From a virus, in the IMG/VR virus record IMGVR_UViG_3300044966_000489: DNA of 64,000 nt, one strand, 5' to 3'. This document shows, piece after piece, positions 1-9,435 of the stretch. Every line of letters begins with the position of its first letter. Positions within the stretch are counted from its first letter, which is position 1. The position numbers were made by a program, and so were the translations under genes. Below the pieces are notes generated by a model. The model made no database searches, had not been told where the DNA came from, and saw nothing but the letters and a program-made list of their open reading frames with translations.

Positions 1-529
1 CTGCCTGAATACCGCCGCCAGATCGGCTAGGCTCAGGAGATTTAAATTTTCCAGACAAGTAATATCCCAATCCAGAAATGCCTCTTTCAATTCCTCTAAC
101 CCAGCTTCTTCCAGCTTCCCAAGGTAATGGAGTTTTTTGTTCTATTGACTTTAATGTAGGAACTGAAACAGGGAATTCGAATTGAACACCTGTTTCTGTA
201 GTTCTTGTTTTTGGAGTTCTATTTAGTAGAATTTCTTCTTCTAAAGCTTGCCTTACCTGCTGCGTAGGCTGAGAGTCTTGATCAAATCCAATAAATGAAA
301 ATAAATTAGAGTCAGGTTTTGTTCCGGGTAAAGTTTTTGAGATGTTTTTTCCTTCGGCTCCCATTTCTAATTCGACAGTAACTGGGTGCTGATCAAATTC
401 TTTTATTGTTTGATTTTTAAGTCTTTGAAATTCTTTTTCGGCTCTTTGGTAGGCTAAATTCTGAATGTCTTTACTGAAAAGAAGTTTTTTGACTTCTCTA
501 TTTAAAATTGTCTTATTTATTGTAGCCAT
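1..529 (-). CDS. Virion neck/tail-completion-like protein, truncated at window edge
   Basis: ATG at 529-527 overlaps the upstream TAA (TAATG). Reading frame MATINKTILNREVKK... stays open to base 1. Role inferred from position only. Confidence 0.55.
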   Translation of the reverse strand, partial: MATINKTILNREVKKLLFSKDIQNLAYQRAEKEFQRLKNQTIKEFDQHPVTVELEMGAEGKNISKTLPGTKPDSNLFSFIGFDQDSQPTQQVRQALEEEILLNRTPKTRTTETGVQFEFPVSVPTLKSIEQKTPLPWEAGRSWVRGIERGISGLGYYLSGKFKSPEPSRSGGGIQA

Positions 530-969
530 TACATTATTTCCTTCATCATGTACTCGTAATAAGGTTCATCAATATATCTTTTAACTACAAAACCATATTG
601 CACATTCCAAGATTTATTGTCGAAAGTTATTCTTTCTGTTTTACCATTTTCAATGTAATCTTTGGCTTCTAAGCGGACTCTTATTCTTGCAGTAGTATTA
701 GGATTTTTAATCTCAGAATTTAAAGACACAATGTCTTCATCTGGACTACCATAAAATATTCTAGCTTTATAAACACCAGAGACTGGCGTATAAGTTACGC
801 TATCAGGCAGTTGATCTGTTGGATAACCAAATACTGGAGTTTCGTTAACAGAAGTTATATTTTTAATAGGCTCTTTGTAGACGACAATATCCCTAGATAA
901 TGTATCAAAAAGATCATTATAACTTGATCCAAAACTAAGTCTTTGTGCGTCTGTTATTAAAGATGCCAT
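529..969 (-). CDS. Putative head-closure/head-tail adaptor protein
   Basis: 146 aa, beta-rich, in the structural operon. Function from size and synteny only. Confidence 0.45.
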   Translation of the reverse strand: MASLITDAQRLSFGSSYNDLFDTLSRDIVVYKEPIKNITSVNETPVFGYPTDQLPDSVTYTPVSGVYKARIFYGSPDEDIVSLNSEIKNPNTTARIRVRLEAKDYIENGKTERITFDNKSWNVQYGFVVKRYIDEPYYEYMMKEIM

Positions 970-971
970 AA

Positions 972-1466
972 TTAAACTCTATTAAATGGTCTGATTGAAT
1001 AATACTTATCAGTAATATAAGAACCAGCTACAGTATCGTCGCCAGCAACTTGTAGAGGACCAACGTCGTTAATATTGTAATCATTAACCATCGCAGTTAA
1101 TTCATTAAGTGAATTTTTCTTTGCTTCTAAGTATATTTTACTGGTTTCGTTTCGGTTGATTCTGCGAACAGTTCCACCGCCATCTGTAACTTCCAACAAG
1201 CTATCTCCATTTATTGCATTTAAAGTTTGCTTGACTTTTAGATCGTAAAAATAACATTCATAGATCTTTTTATAAATAGACTTTTCTGTTTCTCCCAAAT
1301 TGGGCACAAGCTCCAAAGAAGCGTCGTCTATAATAATGTCTTTGTTCAGTTTATTATTAAGAATACCTATATTGCTCCTAAGCCAATAACTAATAGCTGG
1401 TACTGATAGATCACTTGGTTGACCTAATTCGAAATAGAGTTCTTGAGCCATGTCTACGATTTTCAT
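972..1466 (-). CDS. Putative head-tail connector protein
   Basis: 164 aa, helical, next to the adaptor-like gene. Synteny only. Confidence 0.4.
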   Translation of the reverse strand: MKIVDMAQELYFELGQPSDLSVPAISYWLRSNIGILNNKLNKDIIIDDASLELVPNLGETEKSIYKKIYECYFYDLKVKQTLNAINGDSLLEVTDGGGTVRRINRNETSKIYLEAKKNSLNELTAMVNDYNINDVGPLQVAGDDTVAGSYITDKYYSIRPFNRV

Positions 1467-1467
1467 A

Positions 1468-1848
1468 TTAGTATGTTATTTCTGGATTAATTACAAAATA
1501 GCCACCTTCAACAGTACGAGCATAATTTTCTCCCGAGAAAACTTGAACATCGTATAATAAGTAACTAGATGGTAAAGCCGCCATTCCTGTTCTACCTATG
1601 CTGATATCGATATATCCGCTGACAAAACTTTCTCCTGCGGCTCCTGATATGATTTTTGGATTTAAGTCTAATAAAATACCAGAGCTTGGTACATACACAT
1701 TGTCGTTTGTATATCCTGCCCCATAACTTGCTCTTACATAGCCAGAAGCCGTGAAGCCTGATAAGTTTATGACAACTCCATCAGAGTCACGGGCAACAAG
1801 TCTCTTATAAAAAGAGTTTCCTTGTGTACCTGTTAAATTCATACACAT
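1468..1848 (-). CDS. Beta-sandwich virion protein (BppU N-terminal-like)
   Basis: Motifs QGNSF...INLSGFTASGYVR...YDVQV...VEGGYFVINPEIT are typical of this phage fold. Confidence 0.55.
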   Translation of the reverse strand: MCMNLTGTQGNSFYKRLVARDSDGVVINLSGFTASGYVRASYGAGYTNDNVYVPSSGILLDLNPKIISGAAGESFVSGYIDISIGRTGMAALPSSYLLYDVQVFSGENYARTVEGGYFVINPEITY

Positions 1849-1856
1849 TATTACAC

Positions 1857-1879
1857 AAAAAAAGCCCCTTTCGGGGCTT
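1857..1879 (-). terminator. Intrinsic terminator
   Basis: A7-GCCCC-TTTC-GGGGCTT; hairpin followed by a U tract on the minus strand, downstream of the Ig gene. Confidence 0.8.
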
Positions 1880-1899
1880 GAGAAGAGATATTTTAAAAA

Positions 1900-2727
1900 T
1901 TAAGGCATAATTCCCGTTGGAACTGGCTCAGGAGGAGTTGGAGGAGTTGGTTCAATAATAGAGAGACTTGCTTCAGATGTTTCTATTGATCCAGCTATAT
2001 TAGTAGCTTTTGCTTTATAGAATCCTACATTATCTTGTGTGACTCCACTTATGACATACTGAGAGGAATTAGAATCTGGAATAGATTGATCGTCTTTAAA
2101 CCACTCAATAGTAATTGGTTGATCTCCATCAAATACAGCAGAGAAATATGCGTTTGCTCCAGAAGGCATAGATAAGTCACTTGGATTCGATAAGATAAAT
2201 GGAGCTACAAAAGTATTCAATGAAGCTAAATTACTATTTGTACTTCCTACAGGGTTTTGAGCTTTTACATAATAGGTTCCTATATTAGTTTCGGAGACTG
2301 AATTTATAGTAAGAACTTCTAAATTTGCTCCTGAAATAAGTTCTTGATTCTTATACCATTGATAAGAAATAGGAGCATCTCCAGAAGCTACTACAGTAAA
2401 TACAGCGGGAGAACCACTAAGAACTTTTAAATTTTCAGGCTGAGTAGTAAAGTATGGAGCGACTGCTTCAGTATATCCTAAGTTTTGTAATACTACATTT
2501 TTTACATAATTATAATCTGCTGCGGCTGTTTGCTCAGGGGGCCAATCTTGCCAGTCATCTCCCGCAAGATTAGTAAAAGTTTTATCTAAAACTAATCCTT
2601 CAGGATTTTTCATTACGACTGAAAATCTAATTCCATCATGAGGGTCAAATGCGTTAAAATCAACGCAAAGTTGCGTCACATTTGCGCCAGATGGTTTTGG
2701 GTAAACGGGGATAAATATTGTATTCAT
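1900..2727 (-). CDS. Virion protein with two Ig (I-set) domains and a Pro-rich tail
   Basis: Two repeats of P.F...P....G....F.V...GD.PI..QW.K.....GxYxxKAxNxxG. Confidence 0.85.
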   Translation of the reverse strand: MNTIFIPVYPKPSGANVTQLCVDFNAFDPHDGIRFSVVMKNPEGLVLDKTFTNLAGDDWQDWPPEQTAAADYNYVKNVVLQNLGYTEAVAPYFTTQPENLKVLSGSPAVFTVVASGDAPISYQWYKNQELISGANLEVLTINSVSETNIGTYYVKAQNPVGSTNSNLASLNTFVAPFILSNPSDLSMPSGANAYFSAVFDGDQPITIEWFKDDQSIPDSNSSQYVISGVTQDNVGFYKAKATNIAGSIETSEASLSIIEPTPPTPPEPVPTGIMP

Positions 2728-2774
2728 TTTCTTATTTTAATCTAAAATTAAGTTATTCTAATATTTTTTACACT

Positions 2775-4829
2775 TTATAATCCAAATCTTCCTTTTGTAG
2801 CATTGTAATTTTGCAAGACCTGAGCAGCAGATAAAGAAATATTATAAACTCTTGCCTCTCCAACATAACCATATAAAGAAGCAACGTCACTATGCGCTTG
2901 CGCGACATAAACAGAGCTATTTCCAGTAAAGGTTGTATTTAAATCATTTATTGTATATACGATAGAACCATTCACATAAAGAGTTAAAGAACTACCAGAT
3001 TTTGTTGCTATAACATGAGTCCATTTTGAAACTGGATTGTATTCATTAGCTTGATAAACACCTGTAATAGTTGATCCACCTGCTTTATACTGAACATATA
3101 ATCCTGTATATAAACCAGATCTCCATTTTGCAATATATACAAAGTTACTTGAATTTGTGCCTAAGCTTATTATTCCTCTATAAGTATTATCTGATGCAGT
3201 TGCCGCATCTAAATAAACCCAACACTCCATGCTAAATGAAGCTGATCCTAAATTCAACGCAGAAACTGTTGAAGTATTATAATAACTATTATTATTAGGA
3301 AAACTTAATAAACCACCGTATAAATTAATATAAGAAGATGTTCCACTTGCAGATGCATTTATTGCATTTCCGCTAACATCATACCATGTTGTACCTGCTC
3401 CAGCATAACTATATGGATTGCCAGCATCAAGATTTAATACAAGACCATTTTGTACAATTGTATTTGCAAATTTTGACTTTTGAGCTTCATAATTTTGTAA
3501 TACTTCTGCGGCACTTAATGCTTTATTATATACTTGCATAGCATATATGTTTCCAGTTAAGTATCTACCGCCAGTAAATCCTTGGACTTGTCCAATCAAA
3601 AATCCATCAGTCATTCCAGTATAACTCAGACTTCCATTGACAGAAGTCGAAGATGCCATTAATACGCCATCAACATAAATTCGTTGATTTGTTCCATCGT
3701 ATGTGCCAACTACATAGTAAATTTGGTCATTATTAGGAGATATGCCTGAATTTAACTGAAGAGATGTTGATCCATTACCTACAAAAAATCGTATAGGTCC
3801 GCCAACTACTCCTAACCAATAACCCTGTACACCAGTATCTCCATATCCGGCTATAAATTGAACCGATTGTCCATTATTTATAGTCTTAAAAAAAACTCCT
3901 AAACTTATACTATTACCCCGAAGAATTGCGTTAGCTCCTACACTCACATAATCATTGGAACCATCAAATTTCAAAGTTCCTTTGTTATAATAATCATAAA
4001 GCGGCATATTTGCCACAGTTCCATTGCCAAATAATCCATTGTCATCATTTCCCGCTAAATCAACTATACTTCTATCAGTATTAGATATACCCCATTTTTG
4101 TCCAAGATATGTGTGGACTTGTTTTAATTCTGTAGCTGTTAATTCTCTATTAAAAATAATTACTTCAGCAATCTTTCCATTTAAATAAGTTGATTGTTGA
4201 CCTAATCTAATTACACCTGAAGCATCAGAATTTGCAATGACACCTGTTGTTGTTGCAGAAGTTCCATTTAAATATACTTGCCTTGTAGTGCTAGAAGTGC
4301 CTTTAAAAACTTTTGTAAAAATATAAGTCGTAGATGTAGTAATTGAACTAGTCGCATATTTACCACCATCACCATAATATGCATAATAAGTACTTCCATT
4401 ATGTAAAGTAAGTCCATTATTTAATGAATTATTTATAGAAACTAATCCAGCATCCTCGGTGCCTGTTGTTTGACTAGCTATAGCGAATATTGTATGAGTA
4501 ACACTTAAATCTAATGAATTAGAAGTACTTAAAGAATCATTTGTTCCATCAAAAGTTACTGTTTTTCTAGAATTTGTACTAGAATTTCTAGTTGGTTGAT
4601 TGGCAGCGGTGGATTGATTTGCATGATTATTTAATCCACTTTTATCACGCCATTGACTTACTAAAGTTCCTGAACTATAGCTAAAAGAACTATCGTCAGA
4701 TGAATCTAACCACAAAATCAAACCATCTTTTACTGATAAATTTGCGCTTGGATATGATTTATTTTGTGATGGGTCTAAGCATAAAACTAGACCATCTAAT
4801 ATAATTTTTGGAGAGTATGTTAATGACAT
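2775..4829 (-). CDS. Multi-LamG (concanavalin A-like) adhesin/tail-associated protein
   Basis: GLVLxLDA, FDGTND, WTHVIAT...LYVNG and YNKALSAAEVLQNY motifs; about three LamG-like domains. Confidence 0.85.
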   Translation of the reverse strand: MSLTYSPKIILDGLVLCLDPSQNKSYPSANLSVKDGLILWLDSSDDSSFSYSSGTLVSQWRDKSGLNNHANQSTAANQPTRNSSTNSRKTVTFDGTNDSLSTSNSLDLSVTHTIFAIASQTTGTEDAGLVSINNSLNNGLTLHNGSTYYAYYGDGGKYATSSITTSTTYIFTKVFKGTSSTTRQVYLNGTSATTTGVIANSDASGVIRLGQQSTYLNGKIAEVIIFNRELTATELKQVHTYLGQKWGISNTDRSIVDLAGNDDNGLFGNGTVANMPLYDYYNKGTLKFDGSNDYVSVGANAILRGNSISLGVFFKTINNGQSVQFIAGYGDTGVQGYWLGVVGGPIRFFVGNGSTSLQLNSGISPNNDQIYYVVGTYDGTNQRIYVDGVLMASSTSVNGSLSYTGMTDGFLIGQVQGFTGGRYLTGNIYAMQVYNKALSAAEVLQNYEAQKSKFANTIVQNGLVLNLDAGNPYSYAGAGTTWYDVSGNAINASASGTSSYINLYGGLLSFPNNNSYYNTSTVSALNLGSASFSMECWVYLDAATASDNTYRGIISLGTNSSNFVYIAKWRSGLYTGLYVQYKAGGSTITGVYQANEYNPVSKWTHVIATKSGSSLTLYVNGSIVYTINDLNTTFTGNSSVYVAQAHSDVASLYGYVGEARVYNISLSAAQVLQNYNATKGRFGL

Positions 4830-4830
4830 A

Positions 4831-7038
4831 TTATTTAATCCACCACCATAGTTTTGTACTAATATTATTTGCTGTAGTTACAGCAGATGTTACCGAAGTA
4901 GTATAAGCTGACCAAACTATATTATCATCATATCCTACTTTGGCAGCGACATTTACATCACGATCTTGACCAGTATAGTTATCACTTGTTGTTGATATTC
5001 CAATAGCAAGAGTACCATCAGCATCAGCACCTGTACCTGCTTCAAAATCGCCAGTTCTAGTTAAATTAAATGCTCCGAATGGTCTACCAGCATACAATAA
5101 AGCTTCATGAAATCTGCATAAGCCAACCACTGGGGCATTTGTAATTCCTGTATTTGAAACGTCTGCTGTAGGAGTAAAACCATAATCACTTAATCCGTTA
5201 TATTTATGAAAACTATTTTTTACAGAGAATTTTAAATTATAACTTAAATCAAAAGCTTTTAAAGATCCTCTTGGTAGTGATACATTGTTTCCATAACTAC
5301 TATAGTATTGAGTTCTACTAGCATCTGGTGCCCAAACTTCTTTCCATCTTACTTTTGTATTCCATTGATAATACCAATCTGCACTTGCGCTGCTTGTTAC
5401 CGTAGTAGCAGCAGCAGAAGCTAAAATTCTAAAATGGTTAATTTTCATATTACCAAAATTAGAAGAAACACAATTCATTGCAGTAGTTCCAAAAACTGAA
5501 TCGGAACTATTTGCTTTTAAACTCCATTGATAATCAGTATCCCAACTTCCTACAAGCATCCAACCAGTTTGCCCATATTCATCTCTTGTAGTCATGTCAC
5601 AATATACTTGTTTTACACCATTTGAAGTAATTATATAATACAAGCCACTTGCGACATCTCCGCGTTTTCTAGTAATATCTAATGCAGAATAAGCGGGATT
5701 CGTCAGAGAAGATCCATAATTTGAATAGCGAGAAGCTTTTAGGATATATATGTTTTTGCTTACTAAATAATCGTTATAAACTTCAGAAGCATTTAATGCT
5801 TTTTTATAGACTTTTACTTCTTGTATTTTTCCATGCAATAAAGAGGGTCCACAGTTATTTGCAATATAACCCATGTTTATAGCACCATCCCAAAAATATG
5901 AATTATTAGTTAAGGCAGAAGATGTAGAATCCAGAACACCATTTTTATAAATTCTTATTACAAAACCAGTATAAGTTATTACAATGTGAGTCCATTCATT
6001 TCTATTGATTGTTGTGCTTGTTGATGTTCCTGTATCTGAAGAGGTATGAGTATTATCTGCTGCTGATCTTATTTGAGCTATTAAACTAGTTGTACTAGAG
6101 TTAGCAGATGCACTAGTTAAGTATGCAAACAATCCTAAATAATAAGCACCCGGAAGGCCAGTTCCCGGCAATTCGAAAATAGTAATTCTTTTATCTCCGC
6201 ATGCATTTAGAGGAAAATTACTAGAATTTGGTCTTAACCAAAATTGTAAACTAAAATCATATCTATTATCAATAATAGCTCCTGATGAGTTTTGTGCAGA
6301 ACTGATACTCATTGTATAGCTATTAATTCCATCAAATAATGGACCCTCATCATCAAACAACATAGATGTTAAATCTATGCTTTTATTATTTCCACTTAAA
6401 TCGACTAAACCTCCACCGCCAGCTAAAGAATTTGTTCTTGCAGTAGTATTAAAAGCTGTTGGAAAATCAGCTTCTTCAAATTTAAAATTAGCAATATAAA
6501 CATCCCCGGCTGGATTATCATCATTATAAGAAGGCAAAGTATAAGTTCCTCTGAAATATGAATAACTATCAACTGGAACATTTGTACAAATAATAGAATA
6601 ACCAAAAGTCCATTTTCCCACTATAGTAAGATCAAAAGTACTATACATTTCAGTAGAAACATTATTATATATTCCAGATCCTCCTCTTGGAGTTCCAAAA
6701 AATCTACTTGACGAAAGAGTAACGATATTTGGAGCCGTTTGATAATACCAAAAGCTTACTATATAAGTTTTGCCATAAGCAACGCTAAAATCACTTGCAT
6801 TGCCCCAATAATTATTTCCACTTACGAGTTTATAAACATCACTTTCTAATTTAAATGGCAATCTTCCTGCTCTTGGATAACTAGTAACTTTTAACCAACG
6901 GTCTCCTGAAAAACCTAAATAAACTCCATTAGCTAAATTTGCACTATCTGGTCCACGAAAACTTTTTGGATCATTTACATTATAATATAAGCTTAATCCT
7001 GTTCTTGATATTTGTAAACCTTTATTAACTGTACTCAT
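4831..7038 (-). CDS. LamG plus fibrinogen-C-like domain protein
   Basis: LamG motif (WTHIVITY...IYKNG...YKKALNASEV) followed by SGLYYI...QVYCDMTT...GWMLV. Confidence 0.8.
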   Translation of the reverse strand: MSTVNKGLQISRTGLSLYYNVNDPKSFRGPDSANLANGVYLGFSGDRWLKVTSYPRAGRLPFKLESDVYKLVSGNNYWGNASDFSVAYGKTYIVSFWYYQTAPNIVTLSSSRFFGTPRGGSGIYNNVSTEMYSTFDLTIVGKWTFGYSIICTNVPVDSYSYFRGTYTLPSYNDDNPAGDVYIANFKFEEADFPTAFNTTARTNSLAGGGGLVDLSGNNKSIDLTSMLFDDEGPLFDGINSYTMSISSAQNSSGAIIDNRYDFSLQFWLRPNSSNFPLNACGDKRITIFELPGTGLPGAYYLGLFAYLTSASANSSTTSLIAQIRSAADNTHTSSDTGTSTSTTINRNEWTHIVITYTGFVIRIYKNGVLDSTSSALTNNSYFWDGAINMGYIANNCGPSLLHGKIQEVKVYKKALNASEVYNDYLVSKNIYILKASRYSNYGSSLTNPAYSALDITRKRGDVASGLYYIITSNGVKQVYCDMTTRDEYGQTGWMLVGSWDTDYQWSLKANSSDSVFGTTAMNCVSSNFGNMKINHFRILASAAATTVTSSASADWYYQWNTKVRWKEVWAPDASRTQYYSSYGNNVSLPRGSLKAFDLSYNLKFSVKNSFHKYNGLSDYGFTPTADVSNTGITNAPVVGLCRFHEALLYAGRPFGAFNLTRTGDFEAGTGADADGTLAIGISTTSDNYTGQDRDVNVAAKVGYDDNIVWSAYTTSVTSAVTTANNISTKLWWWIK

Positions 7039-7039
7039 A

Positions 7040-9142
7040 TTATGGTAAATTATGTGTTTTCTTGTGAGCTATATAATTTTGATAAATTTCTTTTTCTGAA
7101 AATGCTTTTCTGTAAATGCTTTGCATATTGCAATAACCTTTAAATGGAGGATAAGCTAATGTTCCTCCACCATCCGCTTGACCTCCCAATCCAATATAAA
7201 AATTTCCAGTTATTCCATTAGCGTAAGTACTTCCAGTAGCAGCAGAATATTGACCTTGAGAAACGCCATTTAAATAAATAGTAAAACTATTGTTTACTGG
7301 ATTATTGACTACAGTTATTAAGTAATTTACGCCAGATGATATTGTTGGAACGGGTGTATTCTGATATCCACCAACAGTTGTTCTAACGTATCCAAATACA
7401 GTAATAACTCCAGCGGGACTAATATTATAATAAATACAAATACCACCATATCCTGCTCTACCAAATAATACTCCATTTCTATATGGAATTGAAGCACTAA
7501 TTGTTCCTGATCCAGTTGTTGTTAAATCAACGGCAGAGCCACCAGAACTAGTTGATACTTGAAAAGTATTAGACGTAGGATTAATTATATAGTATGGAAC
7601 TACTGTACTTGAATCTTGAAGTGGACTTGGCAACGAACCTCCTGAAACTGAAAAGCCAATTCTATCTCCTGCTACTAAATTATGGGTAACACTTGTTGTT
7701 ATATAATTTGTGGTAGTATTAACGCTTGATATTGTAAAAGATGTAGGCGAATAAACTCTTGGAGCATCAAAATTTACAATAGCTTCTATTGTAAATGCTT
7801 GAGATGGGTCAAGATTTGTGATATCAAATCCTGTATCAACATAAGTGCCAATTCCATTATAATAAATCCCATTAGTATCAAAAACACTATTATCAAGACT
7901 AGCATTAAATCTATTTCCACTTAAATCTATTAACCCGCCGCCGCCAGTAATAGTATTTGCTGTGCGAGAACCATTAACAAATGCGGTTTGATATTCTTTT
8001 TGTTCTAATTGTATTTTTTCTACATAGAAAATATCTCCAATAGAAGGAACGCTCCATAACACTCCTACTTTAATAGTTGAACACCCTGCCGGTATTTTAA
8101 ATTTACTGACCACCCAACCATCTGTAGTTCCAAAAGGTGCCCCAGTCCATAAGATATCTGTTCCACTGCTTACATTGTAAACATATAAATAAGCTTCTGC
8201 TGAACCAGATCTATAACCAAATGCACTAAGAGTATAAATAGAGCCAGCAGTTACGCTTATAGAATCAGAAAGAATACCCGGAGTACTACTGCCTTGGTTA
8301 GAAACTACTTTTATATAAGTTTTTGAATTGATTGTCTCAATAGTAGTTGTTATATTTCCATTATTATTCCAACCTGTGGTTGAAGTAAAATCAGGATTTG
8401 ATATTAGATTTGTAGTCGTTTCTCCTCTATTGCTTAAGTTTGTCAAGTAATCATATTTAACCGCTGGAGTGACGTAAGCTTTTTGTTCAACTTGAAATTT
8501 TGCAATATACATTGCTCCACTAGTTAATCTGTCATTGTAAATATACCAATTAGAAAAATACTTTACAGTAGAATCAAGTGCCCCATTATTCACGACAGCA
8601 ACTACTCTAACCCATTTATTTAAATATGCTGTATTGTATGACCAGTTTTGATCAAGCACACCATTTACATAAAAATACCATCCATAAGATCCATAAAAAG
8701 AACTAACAAATCCAGTTACAGAACTTGCAATATAAGTATTTATATATCCTGCAAGACCTCCATTGTATCCATTATAAACTTGAGTTAAATAAGCATAAAA
8801 TGAAAAAACAAGATAAGGACCAGATATAGGAATAAGAGAGCCAGAAGTTAACCCTCCATTGTTGTTGTATAAAATAGTATTATTAGAAAAAGCAGGATTA
8901 GTAACTTGATGATATAAAACGCCTCCGCTAGGTACATTTTTGAAAAAATTACCATCACTTAAGTCTTCTGAAAAAGATGGATATGAGGTAGCTACAGTTA
9001 AACTTCCTCCTTGTGCGCCAATAGAAATAGCATTAGCTAAATTAGAAGTAGCTTCTCCCCTAAAGCCTTGAATAACTTTACTGTTGTAATAAAACAGCAA
9101 ATTATCTTTAACTATTCCTATGTTTCCCTGCTTGACGCTCAT
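7040..9142 (-). CDS. Carbohydrate-binding (CBM4/9-like) plus LamG virion protein
   Basis: NLISNPDF...GW...VTAGSIYTLS...IQLEQK, then a C-terminal LamG domain. Confidence 0.75.
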   Translation of the reverse strand: MSVKQGNIGIVKDNLLFYYNSKVIQGFRGEATSNLANAISIGAQGGSLTVATSYPSFSEDLSDGNFFKNVPSGGVLYHQVTNPAFSNNTILYNNNGGLTSGSLIPISGPYLVFSFYAYLTQVYNGYNGGLAGYINTYIASSVTGFVSSFYGSYGWYFYVNGVLDQNWSYNTAYLNKWVRVVAVVNNGALDSTVKYFSNWYIYNDRLTSGAMYIAKFQVEQKAYVTPAVKYDYLTNLSNRGETTTNLISNPDFTSTTGWNNNGNITTTIETINSKTYIKVVSNQGSSTPGILSDSISVTAGSIYTLSAFGYRSGSAEAYLYVYNVSSGTDILWTGAPFGTTDGWVVSKFKIPAGCSTIKVGVLWSVPSIGDIFYVEKIQLEQKEYQTAFVNGSRTANTITGGGGLIDLSGNRFNASLDNSVFDTNGIYYNGIGTYVDTGFDITNLDPSQAFTIEAIVNFDAPRVYSPTSFTISSVNTTTNYITTSVTHNLVAGDRIGFSVSGGSLPSPLQDSSTVVPYYIINPTSNTFQVSTSSGGSAVDLTTTGSGTISASIPYRNGVLFGRAGYGGICIYYNISPAGVITVFGYVRTTVGGYQNTPVPTISSGVNYLITVVNNPVNNSFTIYLNGVSQGQYSAATGSTYANGITGNFYIGLGGQADGGGTLAYPPFKGYCNMQSIYRKAFSEKEIYQNYIAHKKTHNLP

Positions 9143-9153
9143 ATTTTATTATA

Positions 9154-9429
9154 TTAAGAAGAAGGCAAAAAGACTTTTCCTATTACTGGATTATTTGCAG
9201 TTTGGAATCTTGTAATAATCGCATCAATTTGTGGTTTTAATTTATTAAATGCCATTTGGCAGATCTCTTCTTCAGTTAAATTATTGGTCTCAGAGAATGG
9301 CAAAGTATGTTCAATATTTGTATATTTGCTAGAATTAGTGTCCGTGATTAAAAATCCTACAATAGTAGAATTTGGAGATTCACTTGGGCATAACTCATAT
9401 TTGTATATTTTATATTCGATATTTTCCAT
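9154..9429 (-). CDS. Small hypothetical protein, possible fibre chaperone
   Basis: 91 aa, immediately downstream of the fibre gene. Confidence 0.45.
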   Translation of the reverse strand: MENIEYKIYKYELCPSESPNSTIVGFLITDTNSSKYTNIEHTLPFSETNNLTEEEICQMAFNKLKPQIDAIITRFQTANNPVIGKVFLPSS

Positions 9430-9435
9430 AGAATT

